Below, piece after piece: positions 57,198-64,000 of a DNA stretch of 64,000 bases. This DNA is from Epithemia pelagica (Eukaryota; Protista; Bacillariophyta), in the NCBI GenBank assembly GCA_946965045.2, contig OX337234.1:1612001-1676000 (forward strand). The letters run 5' to 3'. Below the pieces are notes generated by a model. It was not told the DNA's origin and ran no database searches. It saw only the letters and a list, made by a program, of their open reading frames with translations. Every line of letters begins with the position of its first letter. The first letter of the stretch is position 1. The position numbers and the translations under genes were made by a program.

Positions 57198-60100
57198 TGT
57201 AAACGTGATGTGTACGAACGATAAAAAAATGTGAGTTGGTGGTGGAAGCGGTCTCTCCGTAGTCCGTTGTCTGTAGTGCTAAGTAGGTGGAGAACTCAGT
57301 ATTGTAAGTATATGGGATAGATCTCAGTATTGTAAGTATGGGATAGACTGCGACTCGGTCCCTGTTCTCCAGTAGCGAAGACAAATTCGATGTCGAACCA
57401 AGCAAGTTCCAGCTGTTCATCACGCTACTACTAAACCGAGCTAAGGACCTAGGCATGCTCGACTCACCAACTACGCATGGGAACGCCATGCTACCTAAGG
57501 ACCCAAAGAATCCCACGAATGATGGAGCCATCAACGTTATCAAGGACTACGGAAGAGCTCACCTGGAAGACATCACCAAGTGGGAGAAGGAGATCCTGAG
57601 CCAAGAATCCAGTATGAGTCAAAACTCCAAAATCCTTTTTGACCTCCTGATGAACTCCCTGACAGCAAAGGGAGCACAACGCATCCAAATCTGGCGATCC
57701 CAATACACGGTGGATGGGATGGATGCGGGAGCCTGTTTGTTCAAGATTATTGTCCACGAGAGTTACCTCGACTCCAACGCAACAGTATCAACAATCAGAC
57801 TCAATTTGACAAACTTGGACGAGTACATCAGGGAGAATGGAAGCGATCTAGTCGCTTTCAACGCCTACGTCCAAAGTCAAGTCGATGGCCTAAAAGCAAG
57901 AGGCCATAACACAAGCGAACAGCCACGAAGACGGATCAGTCGAGGTTGACGCGCCAACGCTCATGTTGCGGGCAGTTAACTTCTACAAGACGCGACTAAC
58001 CAGGAACGAATGGGAACAGCCGACAGAACAACAGAAAGAAGTGTTAGCGCTGCAAACCCAAGTGGAGTCCCTGAAAAAGCAACAGAACCGATCCAAAAAG
58101 ACGACGACCGATGGGAAACGCCAAGGAAATCAAGAAAGCGGATCCTCGAGCAAACCACCCCGTCCAAATTGGCTCCGTAACAATGTCCCACCAAAAGAGG
58201 GATCCGAGCGACGCTTTCGGACGTGGAACAATGCCAAATGGTGGTGGTGTGGTCCGGAAACGGGAGAAAACTGTGGCGGCGGATGGAGGACCCACCAACC
58301 GTCCGAATGCCGAACCAAGAAGCGCGAAGCTAGTCCATCCGCCGGCAAGAAGAAGGAAGATGGAGGTGGACGAAAGAAGTTGTCCAATTTCTCGGACAAG
58401 AAGCGAAAGCAAGATGCAATCAAGTTAGCGGTTGCCGACGAGTCCATCATGTCCGAAGACGAGGACAAGAACCATTCGGACGCGGAGGACTCTGAATACA
58501 GCACCTGACGAACCTGGAGAAAGTGGAAAATAAACATACTAACCATGATGGTATATATGTTCACCACTTTCTCCCTTAGGCACGCCATAGAATGGTTGAT
58601 TGTTGGAATAGCACACCAAGTAATCAAGGGAATCCTGATAATGACGGAACTCGTCACATTCATAGTATACGACGATCCCGAGGAGGAACAGGACCCACAA
58701 GATTGGTTGTTGCGTGCACTCCACGTCACCAATAAAGGAATAGAAGGGATAGCAGGCAGATTGCACGCCCGAATCAAGTCGAATCGGAGTGGTAGAATGC
58801 ACAGCATCCAACATCAATTCAACACAAGACGAAGGTACAGAGTGAGCCTCAGAGTCATGGCAGCCGTTATCGCCATGTCAGCAGGAATGTCCAACGGAGC
58901 ACGACAAGTTGGGACCTTCGACACTGACTCACGACTGGTCGGGATCGATAATCGATGCTCGGAATGCATCAGCCACAAACGATCCGATTTCCCGGGTGAA
59001 TTGTTGGAATGCAAGAGAGCCATCAAGGGATTTGGAGGCTCAAGGACGTACAACGTATGGCAAGGAACCTTGCAGTGGGACTGGGATGATGACCAAGGAG
59101 TCCCACACAGGATGATCATACCAAAGGCATACTACGTCCCCGATGGCAACGTGAGACTGCTAAGTCCGCAACATGGGCGCAATCAAGGCAAGGTGAGGAC
59201 AAACGTGAAGGAGCGGGTTCAACAACAACTGTCCAACACGTCACCCTGTTCTGGAACAAGAGGGAGTGCAAACGCACAGTCCCATTGAACCGCAGCCAAA
59301 CCAACGTCGCCACGTTCGCGCTCTCAAATGGTTACGAATCGTACCATCGATACTGCCAAGAGACGAACACTGGGAACCAGGAAGACGATCGGGACCCAAT
59401 CATCATAGACGAGCTTCAAGTCGATGCGACAGCTGTCATATCGGACGACGAAGCATCAATCAACGATGATCGAGGAGAGGAACGCTCGGATGAGCCAAAC
59501 GAATGGCCTGAAGAAAATGAGCAAAACGACAAACCCCGAGTTCGACCTGAATGGAAAACACACAACCGAGTTGGAGGAACCGGCTCCCAACATCATCATA
59601 GATGAGGAGGAAAGGTTGCCAACACCAACAGCAGAATTGCTTCAATGCCATTACGATTTTGGCCACTTACCATTTACCAAACTCCAGAGAATGGCGAAGG
59701 ATGGGATCCTTCCCTCGAGGCTGGCAAAGTGCAAGGTGCCAGTGTGCTCCGCATGTCAGTACGCTAGAGCGACCAAACGCCCATGGCGCTCACGCAATGT
59801 ACGCGACCGCGAAACGGAGCGACCAAACAACAGACCAGGAGCAGTGGTGTCAGTTGATCAAATGGAATCACCGACACCCGGTCTGGTAGCACAGATGACC
59901 GGATTCATAACTAGAGAACGGTACAAGTATGCAACAGTCTATGTCGACCAAGCGACGGGACTGGGATTCGTCTACCTCCAGAAATCATCCAACGCGAAGG
60001 AAACTCTCGAAGGAAAACGGGCATTCGAGAGGTACGCGATGGCTAGAGGCGTAACGATTGCGGCATACCATGCGGACAATGGCATCTTCAAGGCCAAAGC

Positions 60101-62529
60101 ATGGGTAGAGGCCTGCAACAACCAAAATCAACCACTGACCTTCGCAGGAGTTGGTGCACACCACACCAACGGCAAGGCTGAGCGACGAATCAGAGAATTA
60201 CAGGACATGGCAAGAACCATGCTAATACACGCCAACAGGAGATGGCCAAACGCTATCACTGCTAATTTATGGCCGTACGCAGTTCGTCACGCCAACGACT
60301 GTATCAATGCATCACCGAATATGCAACAACCCAACAAAAATGTCCCCACTGCAGCTGTTTAGCAAAACACCAGTGAACGTCAACAGGAAGCACTGGAAGC
60401 CATTCGGCTGCCCAGTCTACGTCCTGGACGAGGCATTACAAGGGAACAAACCCTTCCACAAATGGAAGCACAGGGCCAAGGTCGGGATATACCTCGGCCA
60501 GTCACCAATTCACAACCGGAACGTCGCCTTGGTCCTCAGCAGATTCACGGGACATGTCAGCCCGCAGTTCCACGTGAAGTTTGACAAGGCATTCGATTCC
60601 ACCAGACAGGAGAATCTCGAATCCCACTGGCAGTACAAGACGCACTTTACCAGCGCACCAAGTAAAGCGAGCGTCCATCGTACACCAGAGCCAGAGGGAG
60701 AAATGAAGGGTCCACCAAAACAAAGGAACAAGAGAATTAGGATCCATGAACCAAGTAACGATCCAGCCAATGATCCCCAAAGGGAGGATCACACCAATGC
60801 GCAAACAAACGATGACCCGCCAACGGTCCCAACAGAGGACGGCCAGGAACCCAGCGAACAAACCGGGACGCCGTACGCACAGGGTGAGGGCTCGGCTAGC
60901 CGACAACAACGACAAGAAACAAGTGGAATTGAGGGCCAGAGGGAGCATGGCGGTAGCACTCCCACCGAGCCAACTCCACCACAAAGATCAAGATTCGGCA
61001 GGATCGTCAAGCCGGTACAGCGGCTCATAGAAATCATGATGGCCAAAACGACGACCAATACCAAAAACAACAATCCTGCAGTAGACGGTGAATTGTTCTG
61101 TCTGGAGACGATGTTCCCAACAGACGACTCCTACCTGCTGGGCGACCCATTCCTCGCATTCAAAGCAGCGGCATCGGATCCCGATACCATGTACCATCAT
61201 GAAGCAATGAAGGAACCCGACGCGGAACGATTCATGGATGGGATGCAACAGGAAGTGGACCGACAATTCACCGACGGAAATTTTTCACTCGTCATCCACC
61301 GAAGCAAAATACCGAAGGGAGAAAAGATATTCCCTGGGGTATGGCAAATGCGAAGGAAGAGAGACATCAAAACGAGAGAGATTAAGAAGCACAAAGCACG
61401 TCTCAACTTCGATGGATCCCGAATGGAAAAAGGGAAGCACTACGATCAAACGTATGCCCCAGTCGCATCATGGGCATCCATCCGGCTCGTCTTGGCGCTG
61501 GTAGCCGCCAACAACTGGCATACAACACAGATAGACTACGTCCTGGCGTACCCACCAGCGCCTGTCGAACGCGAAGTCAACATGGAAATCCCGCGAGGAT
61601 ACGAGCTCGCGGATGGGAAGAATAAGCGCGACTATGCGTTCAAACTCCACGCCAACCTATATGGCCAAAAGCAAGCAGGACGAGTATGGTATCAATACCT
61701 GTCGAAACGGTTGGTCGAAGATGTGGGATTCACCAAATTGCGAGTCGATGAGTGTGTCTTCTACAAAGGAAACACCGTCTACGTGCTTTATATGGATGAT
61801 TCCATAATCACTGGACCAGACCAAGAGGAGATCAACCAAGTGAATCAAGGAAATCCAAGACGCCGGGCTAAACATAACGGTCGAAGGAACAATCAAAGAT
61901 TTCTTGGGGGCCAACATCGAAAAGCAAAAGGATGGGACCATCGAATTCACACAGCCACACCTAATCGACAAGGTGCTATCCGCACTGCGACTGGATGGGA
62001 ACACGGCGAAGCCAAAGGATGTCCCAGCGGCATCGTCAAAGATCCTCAAACGCCATGCCGACTCGATACCATTTGACAACCACTTCAACTATTGCTCAGT
62101 AGTGGGAATGTTAAATTACCTGGAAGCGGGATCACGAAGCGACATAGCCTACGCTACTCACCAGTGCGCACGCTTTTGCTCGGATCCACGCAAGGAACAT
62201 GGCGACGCAGTCAAATGGTTGGGCCGGTACCTGTTAGGGACGCGACAAAAGGGAATGACGTTTAAGCCCGACCAGAGTGCAGGATTGGAGGTATTCGTCG
62301 ACGCCAATTTTGCGGGCAATTGGGACCAGAACGAACCGCACAACGATCGCGATACGGCGCGCTCGCGACACGGGTATATCATCCGATACAAAGGGTGCCC
62401 AGTCGTGTGGAAGTCGCAACTACAGACAGAGATCGCCCTCAGTTCGACCGAGAGCGAATACACTGGATTGTCATATGCACTACAAGAAGCCATCCCACTC
62501 ATGGAAATATTGAAAGAAATGAAGGCACA

Positions 62530-63192
62530 CATCTAAGGAAGGAACGGTACGCCAGTTTATGGCGGTTTAATTATCGATAAGAAAGCACCCCTAAGCGCAT
62601 CCTACTAGAATCATCCGCGCGCAGGACACGCGCACACCTGCAAGAACACGCGCACACCTACAAGAACATGCGCATGCCCCTTCCTCACGTTATTACTAAA
62701 AATGTGCTTTCCAGAACCAGCAAGCGCATGACCCACATTTCACCAACTTCAACACCATGCACAGTCAAGAACCAATAGTCATCACATCCCTCCACCTTCA
62801 TGCGCAGTCAAGAACCAACAGTCATCACAATCGTCCACCTTCATGCACAGTCAAGAACCAACAGTCATCACATACCCTCCTATGTATGCACTCATCCTTG
62901 ATTGTGTCACATCACCATCATGTGCATTACTCAAGCATCAAGTGCAAGCAAGTTGAACACAGTGCATTTAACTAGCACCATGCACACACTCCCACTAAGA
63001 ACCAGCGAATGAATGGAACACAATACACGTAGCTATATAGGAGTAGTATATGAAATGAAACCAATTGTCACTCTGATCAATCACTGCCACGACCGTTTTC
63101 GCGGCCTTTTAGAAGGCCTTGTCACAGCATCATCATCTGCATACCCCATTCGAGAGCGATATTGCCCATTGAGAAACGTCAATATCGACTGG
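62530..63192. other. ~660-bp non-coding insertion interrupting copia RNase H
   Basis: Removing it restores EMKAHGIDIADTRAKLH(R)KVFEDNSGA. It contains a 43-bp repeat (62756, 62799, 62842) and CACGCGCACACCT repeats. Confidence 0.8.
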
Positions 63193-63477
63193 CATGGAAT
63201 CGACATCGCAGACACACGGGCTAAGCTACATCGCAAGGTGTTCGAGGATAATAGCGGAGCGCTCGAGATGGCTCGAGTTCACAAGTTCCACCCACGAACG
63301 AAACACCTCAACGTAAAGCTGCATCACTTCCGGAGTTATGTGGAACGAGGGGACATCACCATCCACGCAATCCCCACAACGGAGCAACTGAGCAATTACT
63401 TGACGAAGCCCCTGTCCAAAGCAACGCTCGACCCACTGAGAAAGCAAGTCATGGGATGGACGACCACAATTGTGCGC

Positions 63478-63486
63478 GAGAGGGAG
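63478..63486 (+). other. Polypurine tract GAGAGGGAG
   Basis: Immediately precedes the TG of the 3' LTR. Confidence 0.85.
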
Positions 63487-63661
63487 TGTTAAAATAATGG
63501 CATTCTCGCCTCGCGTGCTCAACGGTCACAACGTATACGCGACACAATTTTGGGGACGTTTACACGATCCCCAAAAGATCCAAACATTCTAGATCTTAAC
63601 CATAATCTCTTTTGCCACCTGAGTCCAACTCATCTACTTGGGCCGTAGGAGAGTTTTCACA
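63487..63661 (+). repeat. 3' LTR (175 bp)
   Basis: Starts TGTTAAAA, ends TTTTCACA (imperfect terminal inverted repeat), follows the PPT, and MITE sequence resumes right after it. Confidence 0.85.
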
Positions 63662-63960
63662 GGTGGAGGGCCATCCCAACCGCAAACGATGTTGCCGAGC
63701 TGCATCCAGATTCCTCAGGGTGTTGCTGGACCACCACCAATTGGGCAACATCATTCTTGGTTGGCATCATCGATCATCGGACGCACCCCACACACGATAG
63801 TCTCGTACAAAAAGAAGTTTCTGGAGGGATGGATGTTTTGGAAGCACTTTTCACAGGAGAGGCATAAAAAGAAGGGCTATATTAAGTGGATGGCTGGCAT
63901 TATATGAGTAGATTTCCTACCAAGCACTACACCATTGACATTCGGCTTGAACTCAGCTTG
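63662..63960. mobile_element. Right part of a second copy of the TA-MITE, lacking the 6.45-kb insertion
   Basis: Colinear with 15926-15981 joined to 22440-22710 (GGTGGAGGGCC..., GTTGCCGAGCTGCATCCAG, GGGTGTTG.TGGACCACCACCAAT, GATAGTCTCGTACAAAA, GGAAGCACTTTTCACA). It ends CAGCTTG|TA. Confidence 0.85.
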
Positions 63961-64000
63961 TATGAAAAACGAGTTTCACAATCTGCTGAAACATTTTTCA

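Larger units (their letters stand above)
57360..63492 (+). pseudogene. copia gag-pol pseudogene
   Basis: Gag starts mid-domain (EDKFDVEPSKF), with an internal deletion/frameshift near 57915, in-frame TGA at 58506-58508, frameshifts near 59174, 59535, 60330 and 61843, and an insertion in RNase H. Motifs: HxxxGH..C..C, VSVDQ, ADNG, GKAER, KARL, LYGQKQAGR, YMDD, FVDANFAG, FEDNSGA, RTKH. Confidence 0.9.
57360..63661 (+). mobile_element. Ty1/copia LTR retrotransposon (diatom CoDi-like), 5'-truncated and degenerate; only the 3' LTR is present
   Basis: Domain order is gag, protease-like IDNRCS, GAG-pre-integrase, integrase, RT, RNase H, followed by a PPT and a TG...CA LTR. No matching 5' LTR lies upstream. 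Confidence 0.93.

Noticed and set aside
57238-57245. GGTGG as the 5' TSD of the copia element
   Set aside because: It is not followed by the LTR start TGTTAAAA and sits in a GT-rich stretch.
1-64000. tRNA, rRNA, prophage or prokaryotic operon features
   Set aside because: None recognised by eye; tRNAscan-SE/Infernal would be needed to exclude small RNAs.

Overview
Eukaryotic nuclear DNA, most likely a pennate diatom. That call is an inference from the GT-AG introns, a diatom-type (CoDi-like) copia element, EF3 and a family-3 GPCR. The window has three zones. (1) 1-5486: a 170-bp satellite with a 7-monomer higher-order repeat. (2) ~5.5-28 kb: stacked and nested DNA transposons, comprising a decayed Plavaka-type element with two companion genes, a TA-flanked MITE, an intact hAT element, and a 6.45-kb TIR element inserted inside that MITE. 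(3) ~28-57 kb: compact host genes (GPCR3, LSD1-like amine oxidase with PHD-type fingers, copine-like C2 protein, eIF3a, SAC3/THP3, FAD monooxygenase, heme oxygenase, peptidase C69, EF3, RIO kinase), followed by a 5'-truncated, frameshifted copia element sitting in a second copy of the same MITE. The best candidate for an undescribed system is the 15982-22436 element. It has 44-bp TIRs starting GG (not CAC) and a transposase whose DDE and zinc motifs align by eye with the RAG1/Transib core. It also carries a second gene tail-to-tail, and its empty-site homolog is present at ~63.7 kb in this window. All family assignments are by-eye motif recognition; no searches were run.
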